The notes under the pieces: generated by a model
What the model saw: only the letters and a program-made list of their open reading frames with translations
Told to the model about the DNA's origin: nothing
The model's database searches: none
Assembly (NCBI GenBank): GCA_035084275.1
Contig: CM068752.1
Span: 13,020,001-13,084,000 of the forward strand
Reading direction: 5' to 3'
DNA length: 64,000 nucleotides
Origin: Hydrolagus colliei
Lineage: Eukaryota
Translations under genes and position numbers: made by a program
Shown here: in pieces, positions 49,332-62,300 of the stretch
How positions within the stretch are numbered: position 1 is the first letter of the stretch
How the letters are laid out: the number at the start of each line of letters is the position of its first letter

Positions 49332-50216
49332 CAGGTAAACCTCTATTTAGGACGGGGTTGCGTTCCTGAAAAACGGTACTCCGATCGAAACATCCTAAAT
49401 CGAAACGCGGTTTCCCATGCAGTCCCATTATATAACCCGAGATATTTTTCACAAAATGTTCAGACCTTATATCCACTAAATAACATACAAAACACACAAA
49501 ATAACATGCATAGTCAATATGGGGTGCTTGGGGTAATTGTACAGTATTGTACTTTAATACTAGCAAACTTTAACACAGTCCTATGTTTTGATAATCTGCT
49601 TGCACCTGTAGCTGTAATATACCTTGAACTTGCCAGTATATTGTCCTTATTCTGTTTTATAGTAGCCACCGTCGATCTAAAGCCCTCCCGACGTCTGTAC
49701 CTTTTTTGCCAGACTTGTGCGCTTTATCACCTCCAATTTAGTATTTCAAGTGATGATTTGTGGGGTTTCTGGCCTCTAGCGGTATTACCGCTTCTCATTT
49801 CACTTACTGGTCTCTTTTCTGACATTGTAGAAATGCGATAGAGGCTGTAAATCACTTGAAATTGCTGGGGAATTTTCGGAAATACAGTAATACTGACCAC
49901 GCGTGCTGTTGTTTCAAAATCAGCTGCTTTTAAACAATGACGTAGCGACATGCTACTGGCCAGTTCAAACGCTTGGATACACTATACCAGGTGCGAGCAT
50001 GATTTACCTGCGAATACACGATGTACTGTGCGTATGGACAAAAAGGATGCGGCAAAAACGACCGCGATATTCAAAATACATACTGCCCATGCACAGAAAA
50101 GAATGTTGTTCGTTAAAATGAAACCAAGTGTCCATATCGATAAAAAGGTATTAAAAAATGATGTTCGTTCAATCAAAATGTCCTAAATGGAAGTGTCCTA
50201 AATCGAGGCTTACCTG
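49332..50216 (-). mobile_element. Tigger deletion derivative ending ~97 bp before the Siglec-like leader exon
   Basis: CAGGTAAACCTCTATTTAGGAC ... GTCCTAAATCGAGGCTTACCTG; homologous to 42651-43516 and 53247-54705. Confidence 0.85.
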
Positions 50217-50327
50217 TGTATATAGGTGTGTATGGGCTGATTGTCCACGGCCCATCATGCAGGTATCAATGTGTCTGATTGTTTTCCGCTCTTCTCTCCA
50301 CGTTCTCTCCAGGCTGTGATCCACACA

Positions 50328-50379
50328 ATGAGTGCCTCTCACTGCATCCTGGCACTGCAGTTGGTGTGTCTCATCCAGG
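50328..50379 (+). CDS. Siglec-like signal-peptide exon (MSASHCILALQLVCLIQ)
   Basis: Acceptor ctccag at 50312, ATG at 50328, hydrophobic leader, donor G|gtaagg, phase 1. Confidence 0.8.
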
Positions 50380-53300
50380 GTAAGGCTTCACCCTTTACCA
50401 CCATTATCTCTGAGCTATAGATCAATGGTAATCACTAACTATATGTGTGAGCTTTTCACAGGGACCCTTTGTCACCAAGGAACAATGGGCTTTGATCCTC
50501 TTTCCCACAGGGTGAGATTCTGGTCAGGTGAGACACAATAATAATTTCTCTCGCTGCCCTCATGCCGGGTAGTGTCTCAGAGTGCTAGACGGTGGTGGAG
50601 CACAACACAGAGACGGGGGATGAGATAGCAGCCATAGGCAGGTTCGAAGTGGAAGGTCTTCTGGTGCGATCTGAAGAGGCAAAGGAAGGAACAAGGTGGA
50701 GGGATATAGGAAGAGTGTTCCAGAGGTTTGGGGTGGTAATGCACTGGCTTAATGGTGGAACCATTACCCATCTCCCACATGCAACATGTGGGAGATGGAG
50801 CCAGCTGGTAATGGGTTGGAGAGTAAGCAGTTCAGACACTTTGAGAGGTGGCAGGGCATGAAGAGATTTGAAAACAAGTGCGAGGATCTTGAAGTTGTTT
50901 GGCGATATAGGGTGAGTGAAGCTTTGCTAGAACTGGTGCAATGGGTGTATGGAGTTTAGTGCAGGGTTGCAATATGTGGTAACCACATAATGTTGTACTT
51001 GTGTAAATATGAGGACCCAGAACATTTTAGTTCATGGTGTTGAAGGCGTGTCTGCAGCTTCATGTCTTATTGATGAGCCAAATAAACTGTTTAACTTGGT
51101 TTTCTCTGGAGTTGCTTATCGTATCAGAATAAATTCCGCCTCAGGGACATCTCTCCTCTTCCCCACCTCTGGTTCTGAGGACATAATTTGAAACATATAA
51201 TAATAATCCATGCATTTGATATAGCACCTTCCATTTCTTCTGGACGTCTCAAAGCGCTTCACAGATTATACTGTAAAGTGAATTGACTGTATATTTGTGG
51301 GTGAAACGTGGCAGCCATTTACGCACAGCAGTGTCCAACAAACAGTCATGAATTCAGTGACCAAATTTTTTTTTTGGTAAGGATTAGTATTAGGTGTGTG
51401 GCGCAAGGAAACTTGCCCAATATTTCACCCTACCAAGAATTAAACTCAGGTTTCCCATATAACACAATACCGTACAAAACTATAATTGTATAGCACCTTT
51501 CACATCAAATACAGGTACCCCACCCTAACCTCGTCAACCGCGAAACTCACGCATCCATGGTTTGGTAAATGTGACAACCCTTGCAAACCACGGCTTATAA
51601 CCCTTGCTTATCTACGGGTTTTAACACTAACACTCGTGTTTCGCGCTAGGACCCAGTTGCATCAACCAGCCTCATTGTCGCTTCGCGCTAGCGAGCACAA
51701 GAACCCAGTTGTGATGTCGCAATCAACCAGCGACAACGCTTCTCTCTTAGGATTAAGATAAATACAGTAACATGAATTTATTGTCGCTTCTCCGCAGCCT
51801 AGCTAGTAAGTTTGGGAGCATTGACTGCCAGGATCTGCAGATCTCTCTCTCTCTGTAAGTGTATCGTAGGCTGTAGAAGTCTTTCTCTGTATCTCAGGCT
51901 GAAGAGGGATCTTTCTTTCTCTCTCTCTCTCTCTCTCTCTGTGAGTGCATCTTGGACTTTAGAAAGGTTTCTCTCTCACCTTCTCTCTATTTCATCTTCT
52001 CTTCCCCCCACTCCCCGTCCCCCACCCCACCCTCTTCCCCCCACCCCCACCCCCACTCCCCCACCTCTTCCCAACCCCCGCTTCTCTCTCTCACCTTCTC
52101 TCTCTCTCTCTCTCTTCTCTGTCTGTGTGTAGATCAGTCAATCAGTCAGATAGCCTCGCGGATTGCTGCAGATGCACCCAAACTTACTCCCCCTATCCCC
52201 ATGTATGTTATAACTGTATGTGTTTTTTTTGTGTTTAGTTCTGCGAAACGCAAACTTACTCCCCGTATCCCCATGTTTCCCATGGGGCCTTGCATTTTCC
52301 AACCGCGAAAAAACAAACTTACCCCCGCCTATCCCCATGCTTGCTGTAGGGCCCTGTATTTTCCAACTGCGGTTTTACCAAACACGGAGGTTTACAGGAA
52401 CGTATCCCCCATGGTTGGGGAAGGATACCTGTATTACTCAAGTTATGGTTAAAAACTAAGTGAGTTGCAGTGATTCAATCCAGATACTTCTCAGCCCAAG
52501 TTAATTGATTGAGCTACTTGAAACATGTTTTGGGGATTCCGCCTGACACTAGCAGAAACTCATCACCACACCAGTTAGCACTTTAGCTTGCACTGATAAT
52601 AGGAGCTGAGTGGAATGACTCCCTGCCCCCAGTAACTGGTCTGCTCTTCCAAGTCTTGTCAATGAGCCAGACTGGCTGTGCTATCATCAGCAGCCCCTCA
52701 AATACTATGGACTCATCTGGCTCAAGAGCTGGACTTATGAGACCACCATTAAATGATGGTTCATATCTGTAAATGATGGCTCATATCTGTAAATGATGGC
52801 TCATATCTGTACATGATGGCTCATTTAATTGCCAAACAGACCCTTTTACCATCGCCCCACCCCCTGCCCCCCTCTCCCCTCCCCCTTAAAAGAGGATAAT
52901 CACTAGTTGGTCATTCCACACTGACTAGAGCAGGTTTGAGCTCTGACTAAGTGGATTGCAGATACCCACTGTGAGCCACACATCTCAGCTCGAATTATCG
53001 TATTCATGGGGTGGGGAAGGAGGTGATTGTAAGAGGGGTGTCATGTCCTGCCCATGTGTCTGCTCCCCTTCACGGTTGTTGTGTTGCTGTTCCACAATTC
53101 CTGTGTTATGGTGGAATGTCAGGCTTCTGGCAACTTAAATACATTTTGTGTAACTTTACATATTGGCGTAAGTCATGCTGAGGTTTCCAAATCTTTGCAA
53201 AGAAGTGGACAGTACAGAAAGTTACCACCCTGTCAGGTATTACATACAGGCAAGCTCTATTTAGGACGCTTCTATTTAGGACGTTTCGATTGAAGGAACA

Positions 53301-56300
53301 TAATTTTTTAACACCTTTTGATAGGACACCTGGGTTCATTTTAACGAACACATTTTTTTTTGCGCATGCGCAGTACATAGTTTGAATATCGTGGCTGCAT
53401 TTCCGCGTCCTTTGTATCCATACACACAGTCCATAGTGTATTGGCGGGTAAATCCAAACGTTTGAACTGGCCAATAGCATGTCGCTAAGTCATTGTTTAA
53501 AAGCAGCTGATTTTGAAGTGACACCACGCCACGTCAGTATTACAGTAATTTCCAAACATTACCAAGCAACTTCGATCGATTTACAGCCTCTACTGCGATT
53601 CTACCATGTCGGGAGTAGACAGCAGTAAGTGAAATGAGCAGCGGTATTACAGCTGGTGGCAACAGACAAGTCATCACTTTAAATACTAAAGTGGAGGTGA
53701 TAAAGCTCATCGCGACTGGTGAAAAAGGTACAGACGTCGGGAGGGCTTTAGGACTAGCTAGATCGACGGTGGCTACTATAACAACAACAACAACAAATTA
53801 CATTTATAGAGCGCCTTTCACGTCGGGAGGACGTCCCAAGGCGCTGCACAGGAGGCGTGTGACCCGAGCTGAGAGGGGAGTGTTTGGGAAGGGGTGAAAC
53901 ACGAAGGGGAGGTCGAAGAGTTCGGGGTGGAACAAAAGGCACGGTCGAAGAGGAAAGTCTTCAAACCGGCCTTGAAAGAGGAAAGGGAAGAAACGAAATG
54001 GAGGGATTGAGGGATGGCATTCCATAGGGTGGGAGCGGAGAAACTGAAGGCCCGGCCTCCGATGGTGGGGCGGTTCGGGCAGAATAAGGACAATATTCTG
54101 GTTCAAGGTGTGTTACAGCTACAGGTGCAAGCAGATTATCAAAACATAGGAGTGATGTGATGGAAAACATGGAAAGAATGCTGATTGTCTGGATTGAAGA
54201 TCAGATCCAGCGTAATATACCACTCAACATCCTGGTTATCCAAGAGAAAGCAAAATAATTGTTTAGGGAGTTAAATGATCAGAAAGGAGAAGGCTCAACG
54301 GCACCATCTTTCAGTGCTGGCAGAGGGTGGTTTCAAAGGATTAAAATACACTGTGGGCTCCACAACATCAAGATGAGTGGGAAAGCTGCAAGTGCCACTG
54401 TCACTGTCACACTACCAGTATTAAAGTTTGCCAGTAGTGTACTGTATTAAAGTTTGCCAGTATTAAAGTACAATACTGTACAGTTACCCCAAGTACACCT
54501 TCTTGCCTATGTGTGTTAATTTGTGTGTTATGTTGTGTATTCTTGTGTGTTATTTAGTGGGTTTAAGGTGTGAAAATTTTGTGAAAAGAACGCATCTCTG
54601 GTTATATAATGGGACTGCATGGGAAATTGTGTTTCTATTTAGGACATTTTGATGTAGATACAGTTTTTCAGGAACACAACCCCGTCCTAAATAGAGGTTT
54701 ACCTGTATTATTATTATCCCCTGTTAATCAGTAATGGAGTCACATTCAGTCACTCAGTCTGTCTGTCTGTTTCCTCTTCCACAGCTTCTACCGATGATTG
54801 GGGAGTCTCACATCCCAGGTCTGCTGCTGGGTTGGAGGGAGAGTCCGTGATTCTGAAATGTTCATTCAAACACCCTGACCCACCAAATGCACAATATAAT
54901 ATAATCAGCAAATTGTTCAAAGGTACTGCATGCAGTCCATACTCCTTGCTGTCCACGCAGTTGGTGTATAAAAGCAGCCAGCCCCAAAGATACAACAGAA
55001 TAAAATTAACAGGAAATCTGAAAAATAAAAACTGCTCAACTGAGATAAACAACCTCAATAAAGCTGATTCTGGTGACTATTGCTTCAGGTTTGAGATCCA
55101 GGATTTCGATAGTTGGACCGGACAACATCCCATCAATGTCGTGGTGTATGGTAAATATTCCTTCTCACTTCTTGTTACATATTTGACAAACCAGCAGACA
55201 GACAGACAAGTTTGCAGGTGTTTTTATCCAGTATTTACAGGTGCCAATTTTGACCAGGTGCCAATTTTGAACATTGTTTATTTCTGTTTCCTTTTGTTAG
55301 GTCGTCCTGGCAACCCCAATGTCCTCCCAAGTGAAGTGACTGAGGGGATCAGCACCACTTTATCATGTTCCTCCTCTAACATTGATGATCAGGCCAGAGC
55401 CAAGCTGACCTGGGAAGGAATCACTGAGCTGACAAAGCAGGAAACCGTGACTGAGGAAAAACAGTCTGTATCTAACCGGGTCCTCACCAGTTCATTCACT
55501 TTTATCCCCTCATACAGAGATCATCTCAAGCTGATCAAATGTGTGGTCAGTTCTCCAAACTACCAATATTCCAAACAAGGCAACATAACACTTCAGGTAA
55601 AATGTAAGTTATCCATACTGAAGCAGCGTTCAAATGATCCCAAACTGTACAGAAAGTTCTCAAGAGGTTTTGTATTGGCTCTGTTCTACCACCTGACCTG
55701 CCTTTGCCCCTGTTTACCAGTACATGCTTTGACTGAATACCCTCAGGGATATGTCTGACTAGGTGGATGGTAGATACTCAGCTAGAGCCACACATCTCAG
55801 CAGGAATTATTGTAGTGGCCACTGGTACCTCAGGGAGGAGGCTCGAGGTGATGATGTCAACCCACTGACTGGGGCTGGACTCTCCTGATGGTCAGAGCCA
55901 GTGTGGGGGGGGTGGGGGGGTGATTGTAAGAGGGGTGTCATGTCCTGCCCATGTGTCTGCTCCCCTTCACGGTTGTTGTGTTGCTGTTCCACAATTCCTG
56001 TGTTATGGTGGAATGTCAGGCTTCTGGCAACTTAAATACATTTTGTGTAACTTTACATCGTAGCGTATCTCATGCTAAGGTTTCCAAATCTTTGTAAAGA
56101 AGTGGACAGTGCAGAAAGTTACGACCCTGTCATGTATTACATACATCAAGTTCTATTTAGGACATTTCAATCAAAGGAACCTAATTTTAACACCTTTTGA
56201 TTGATATAGGACACTTGGATTTATTTTAATGAACAATTTTTTTTTCTGCGCAGTAGGTATTTTGAACATCATGGTCGCATTTCCGCATCCTTTTGGTCCA

Positions 56301-59300
56301 TATGCACAATACATAGTGTATTCGCGGGTAAATCATGCTCGCACCTGATATAGTGTATCCAAGCGTTTGAACTGGCCAATGACATGTCGCTACGTCAATG
56401 TTTAAAAGCAGCTGATTGTGAAGCGACACCACGCCAGATCAGAATTACTGTATTTCCAAACATTCCCGAGCAACTTCGAGCGATTTAGTACTGCGATTCT
56501 AGCATGTCAGGAGTAGACAGCACTCCTGTAGCAAGCAAATTATGAAAACATAGGAGTGATGTGATGGAAAACATGGAAAGAATGCTGATTGTCTGGATTG
56601 ATGATCAGAACCAGCGTAATATACCACTCAACACCCTGGTTATCCAAGAGAAGGCAAAATCATTGTTTAGGGAGTTAAATGATCAGGAAGGAGAAGGCTC
56701 AACGGCACCATCTTTCAGTGCTAGCAGAGGGTGGCTTCAAAGGTTTAAAAGATGCTGTGGGCTCCACAACATCAAGATGAGTGGGAAAGCTGCAAGTGCC
56801 ACTGTCACTGTCACACTGCCAGTATTAAAGTTTGCCAGTAGTGTACTGTATTAAAGTTTGCTATTATTAAAGTACGATACTGTACAGTTACCCCAAGTAC
56901 ACCGTCTTGCCTATGTGTGTTAATTTGTGTGTTATGTCGTGTATTCTTGTGTGTTATTTAGTGGGTTTAAGGTGTGAAAATTTTGTGAAAAGAACGCATC
57001 TCTGGTTATATAATGGGACTGCATGGGAAATTGCGTTTCTATTTAGGACATTTTGATCTAGATACAGTTTTTCAGGAACACAACCCCGTCCTAAATAGAG
57101 GTTTACCTGTATTATTATTATTATTATTATCGCCTGTTACTCAGTAATGGAGTCACATTCAGTCACTCAGTCTGTCTGTCTGTTTCCTCTTCCACAGCTT
57201 ATGCCGATGATTGGGGAGTCTCGCTTCCCAGGTCTGCTGCTGAGCGAGAGGGAAAGCCTGTGATTCTGAAATGTTCATTCAAACACCCTGACCCACCGAA
57301 TGCACAATATAATATAATCGGCAAATGGTTCAAAGGTTCTCCATGCAATTCTCAAGCGAAGTTGGTATATAAAAGCAGCCAGCCCCAAAGATACAATAGA
57401 ATAAAATTAACAGGAAATCTGAAAAATAAAAACTGCTCAACTGAGATAAACAACCTCAATAAAACTGATTCTGGTGACTATTGCTTCAGGTTTGAGATAC
57501 AGGGTTTCAGAAGTTGGACCGGACAACATCCCATCAATGTCATGGTGTATGGTAAATATTCCTTCTCACTTCTTGTTACATATTTGACAAACCAGCAGAC
57601 TGACAGACAAGTTTGCTGGTGTTTTTATCCAGTATTTACAGGTTCCAATTTTGACCAGGTGCCAATTTTGAACATTGTTTATTTCTGTTTCCTTTTGTTA
57701 GGTCGTCCTGGCAACCCCAATGTCCTCCCAAGTGAAGTGACTGAGGGGATCAGCACCACTTTATCATGTTCCTCCTCTAACATTGATGATCAGGTCAGAG
57801 CCAAGTTGACCTGGGAAGGAATCACTGAGCTGACAAAGCAGGAAACCGTGACTGAGGAAAAACAGTCTGTATCTAACCGGGTCCTCACCAGTTCATTCAC
57901 TTTTATCCCCTCATACAGAGATCATCTCAAGCTGATCAAATGTGTGGTCAGTTCTCCAAACTACCAATATTCCAAACAAGGCAACATAACACTTCAGGTA
58001 AAATGTAAGTTATCCATACTGAAGCAGCGTTCAAATGATCCCAAACTGTACAGACAGTTCTCAAGAGGTTTTGTATTGGCTCCATTCTACCACTTGACCT
58101 GCCTTTGCCCCTGTTTTCCAGTAAATGCCTGCTTTGGATCCAATTCCCTCAGGGATACTGGGCAGCAACATTTTCTTCCCAATGCAACCCTGTAAACTGG
58201 AGGGACTGAACATGCCCAGGAGGAAGCTGGAAGTGTTCAGGCTTGAGAGGATGACACAGAGAGTGTGAATGATGGGTTAAACCAGTCATTGGGGACGGCC
58301 ATTTTGTCCGGCCTAAGACACTCCCGAGGTTAACCACAATAACTGCCCAGTGAAGGAGTGGCACAGACTCCATCCCATTGACATTGGAAGGGAGGGCGAC
58401 TTATTAGTGGTGGCGCTGAGATGATTCAGGAAGAACAGACATTTTACACTCTTGTTTTTTTTAAAAGCTAGAAACCTCTTTAGGGACAGTAAAATGTTAT
58501 TGTGCTCATTTGAAACGCAAAATGCAATCAAAGATGGTGTGATGGTTTTGTCTGAAAAAAGAACCCAAAACAATATTTTAGGATTTACCAAGATGGTAGA
58601 ATATAATAATAATCCTTACATTTGATATTATGCCTGATCACTTTGTTCAGAAGTCTGTAAGTGCTTCACAGAATATATTCTACAATGGATGACTGTGTAT
58701 TTTGCAGTCTAAACGCACCAACCAATTCCACAGCAGTGTCCCGCAAACAGTTTTGGATTGAGTAGCCAAATTGTTATTTTTGGAAGTGATTATTACGCTC
58801 AGAAAGAACAATAGAATATAGGTTTTGAATTATAAAGGGCAATTGGATAATAATAGTCAGAAATTATCTGGGAGTATTCATAGCCACTGCTCCCTTTACC
58901 TGAGCCTTTAGGAGGTGAGCTCCTCCGTCCATCTCCATCACAAGCCTGCAATCTAGGATACACTATCAGAGAATCATAGAATGTTACGGCACAGAAGGAG
59001 GCCATTCAGCCCATCGAGTCTGTGCCGGCTCTTTGACCGAGCAAGTCACTTTTGTTAACCTACCAGTGGAAGATAGAGGTAGAGAAGGGAGTGAGATAGG
59101 AATTGTGAGCTTGGCACAGTGACAGTCTGGTACAAGACAAAAAGAGACACAAACACAACAGAAACTCTCAAAAGTACAGACAGCATCCTGTTGTTCAGAA
59201 CAATATCCAGAAAGGATTCAGGAATCTTTACCTGCGTGGTAAATAATTCACAGGGAAATGATACCTTTGCAGCTGACATCAATGTCATGTGTAAGTATTT

Positions 59301-62300
59301 GACTTTAACGGTTCCTGAGTGGATTATACCATGTTAGAGTGAGAGTTCAATTTGACTGGTCATGAGGCACATCAATAGATCACTGTCACTTGCTAAACTG
59401 TTCAAAATTAAGATTTGTCTACAGTCATCTTCCCAATGATTTCTTGAGTGTAATGTCTTTCAAATTCTCTCTTCCCCAATCCAGCAAGCACTCTTACTCT
59501 TTGTCTCCAGGTGTCTCTTGTGATTGGTCTAAGGAGAGGAGGGAAATGGTTAAAAATCAGGGAAATGTGAAAAATGGGATTTAAATATTTGTTAATTCCC
59601 ACTTACAGATGGACCCAGTGAAGTTAACGTTAGTCACGATGGGCTGAATTACAAGTGTGTCACGGATGCCAACCCTCCAGCAAACATCATTTGGAAACTA
59701 ACTGAATTCAAGACTAACAGAACAACCCAAATCGATGATACTAAGTCTATGAGCAGCCTGGCTATGCATGAATTAGAAGGCTTGTGTGTTTCCTGTCGAG
59801 CTGAGAATAAATATGGTCGTGCACATTCAGAAGCTTACTGCAAACCAAAGCCAAACCAGAGTAAGTAACTTTTCAGAGCTTTTTATCAATCAAGTTAATT
59901 GAACTGCAACAAAAATTATGTAGGTATGTATAATGTATGTATAATATACAATATACTGTATTTAACTGGGCATGAAGCACATCAATAGATCACTGTCACT
60001 TGCTAAACTGCACAAAGTTAAGATTTGTCTAGAGTCATCTTTCCAATGAATTCTTGGGTCTAATGTGTCACAAATTCTCCCTTCCCCAATCCAACAAACA
60101 TCATATCTAGTTGTCTCCATGTGTCTTTGTGGCTCGATTGTTAGCAATCTTGTTCCGGGGTCAGAATGTATGGATTTCATATTATTATTTTAGTTCACAT
60201 TTATGATTGTCAAATCTAGTAATTGCTTTTGCAGACAACCTCAGTGACCATTTTGTACTCATCAAGTTCCCATCAATTGCCCAAAGGGCGACCAACGTAT
60301 CTGGAAGATTATTGGAGTGACACTTCCATCTCCCTTCCAAAAGTGCACACATTCCATTCCAGATACCAGGAAGTTTCCATGGGTAGGAGGAGGCATGCGT
60401 GTGTAGGACTCTCATCTGGGTTAGATAGTAAACATGGAGATGAGTTTTCACATGTGTCAGACACCTGGCTGATCAGAAATAATTTGCGCTTTGGGCAACG
60501 AAAACCATTGACTCCAGTTCACAAAGGAAATCACATCAGTGGTCGCTCCTTATCCCTCACATGGAAGGTGCATCAATAGTAACCTGATGACCTGGACGTT
60601 GGCCATTTTATGCATTTTTGTTATAATATATTTGCCAAGGTTATCAAACTCAGAAGATTGTGTTAATACAATGCTGCCTCATATTAATCTGTAATATATA
60701 TACAGTATATACAATAATCCATAGAATCTTATTGCTAAACAGCTTTGATATAAATACGTTGATCAGAAATATTTGAATATTCATTTTGCAGGTTGGTCAG
60801 CAATATTGCTATTCATGTCTGTCAAAGTCATCTTTGTCCTTCTCTTGATGGTAGCTTGCTGTGTAAAATTCCTAAACCAAAGTAAGTTCTGTCAATCTCT
60901 CTTCTGTGCCAATGTTGTAGTTCCCAGTCCAATATCAGATAAAACCCACACAAACACACTCACTGCACTTCAATTCTGCTCAACCAATGTGGCAGCTCAG
61001 CTTACATTGAGACCTCAGTAATAAACCTCATAATTATTGATAATAATAATCCTTACATTTGTTATAGCTGCCGACAATGTGGGCACTTTTCCCAGTAACA
61101 ATATTATGCCAGAACAAAGTGCAGAATCATCCAAATGAATTGCAGTGATATTTTACTTTCTTGCACGTTGCTTTGTTCCTAGTGCATGGTCAATCTTAAA
61201 CAAAAAGTATCAATCATTTTGTTTTGTATTCCATCAGCGAAACAGATGAAAAATAATTCCCAAGCCGTGGTGATCCATGAATTTCCAACTTCCATTCAGG
61301 TATATTCAGGTCATTTTAATTGTTAAAGAATTGAGGTGGATTCCCTCTCTCAGTGGCTCAGAGTGAAATGCACTGTTTGGTCTATCATAATAATAATCCT
61401 TGCATTTGATATAGCGCTTTTCATATCTTCTAGATGTCTCAAAGCGCTTCACAGAATATACAGAGTGAAATATCAGAGCGAATTGACTGTCACTGAGTCA
61501 AGAGAAAGTCACCCCTTTCCTGTGTTTCCTTGCCATCTGTGATGAATTAGCTGATGTCAGAAGAGCCTTGAGTGGGGAACTCTGATTGTCCTAAGGACTG
61601 GCACGACAATATAATAATTTGCTGTATGTGCCAGGTTTTTTGATAAGCTCTGGCGCTCATTAACGCAAGTGTCCCTTGAGGCTAGATTAGTACAATTTTA
61701 CAGAAGGGAAGTAGATAAGCATCTGAGCAAAGAAAATGTTAAGGGAGAAATAGCTATAAAGTGGGAATAATTTTCAAAACGGGGCAATTTAGAAAAAAGA
61801 GGTAGCGGTGTGACAAGGTTTCAGAGTGCTCAACATGCCTTCTTCATACTTCCCTGTGTAGAAAGATTGTAATTATTATGCTGTTGGCAGGATAACCGGG
61901 TCATTGAGGAGGACAACAATCCCCAGGAAGAGTTTGAGTATGAAAATTGCAAGGTTGGATCGGCATCAGCTCGGGAGGAGCCTGGAGACAATTGGCTGCA
62001 TGATTCCCCCATCCCCAACAAGCGAAAGCATTGTAAAGCAGCCAAACTAAATGAAGAAAGCTTTGTATCGTAACAGAAAGGTGAATCAACAACAACTTGC
62101 TGTCCTTCAATATAGCACGCTTTATGTGGGGCAGTGTCTCAGAGCGCTTAACAGTGACAAAGCCTGGCAATGAGCTTGGGGAGGAAGGATGAGGTGACTA
62201 TAAGCACGGTCAAAGAGGAAGGTCTTCTGTCATGATCTAAAAAGGGGGTGGGAGGGGGCAAGGCATTGGAGAGTTCCAAAGCTTTGGGTGTAAGTGGCTG

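Larger units (their letters stand above)
52942..58157 (+). repeat. Intragenic tandem duplication (unit 1 ~52942-55751; unit 2 ~55752-58157)
   Basis: Both units carry the same intron segment (gtgattgtaagaggggtgtcatgtcctgccc...), a Tigger remnant, a V exon, a 150-nt intron, a C2 exon, and end in ccctcagggata. Confidence 0.95.

Noticed and set aside
54832-55758. 308-aa and 311-aa continuous ORFs as single-exon genes
   Set aside because: They read through a 150-nt stop-free intron with canonical GT-AG; true structure is V exon plus C2 exon (retention would add a 50-aa insert, with no evidence for it)
61068-61138. Alternative short cytoplasmic terminal exon (TADNVGTF...SSK*)
   Set aside because: The acceptor lies in a SINE-tail remnant with a poor pyrimidine tract; the 61238 exon is better supported
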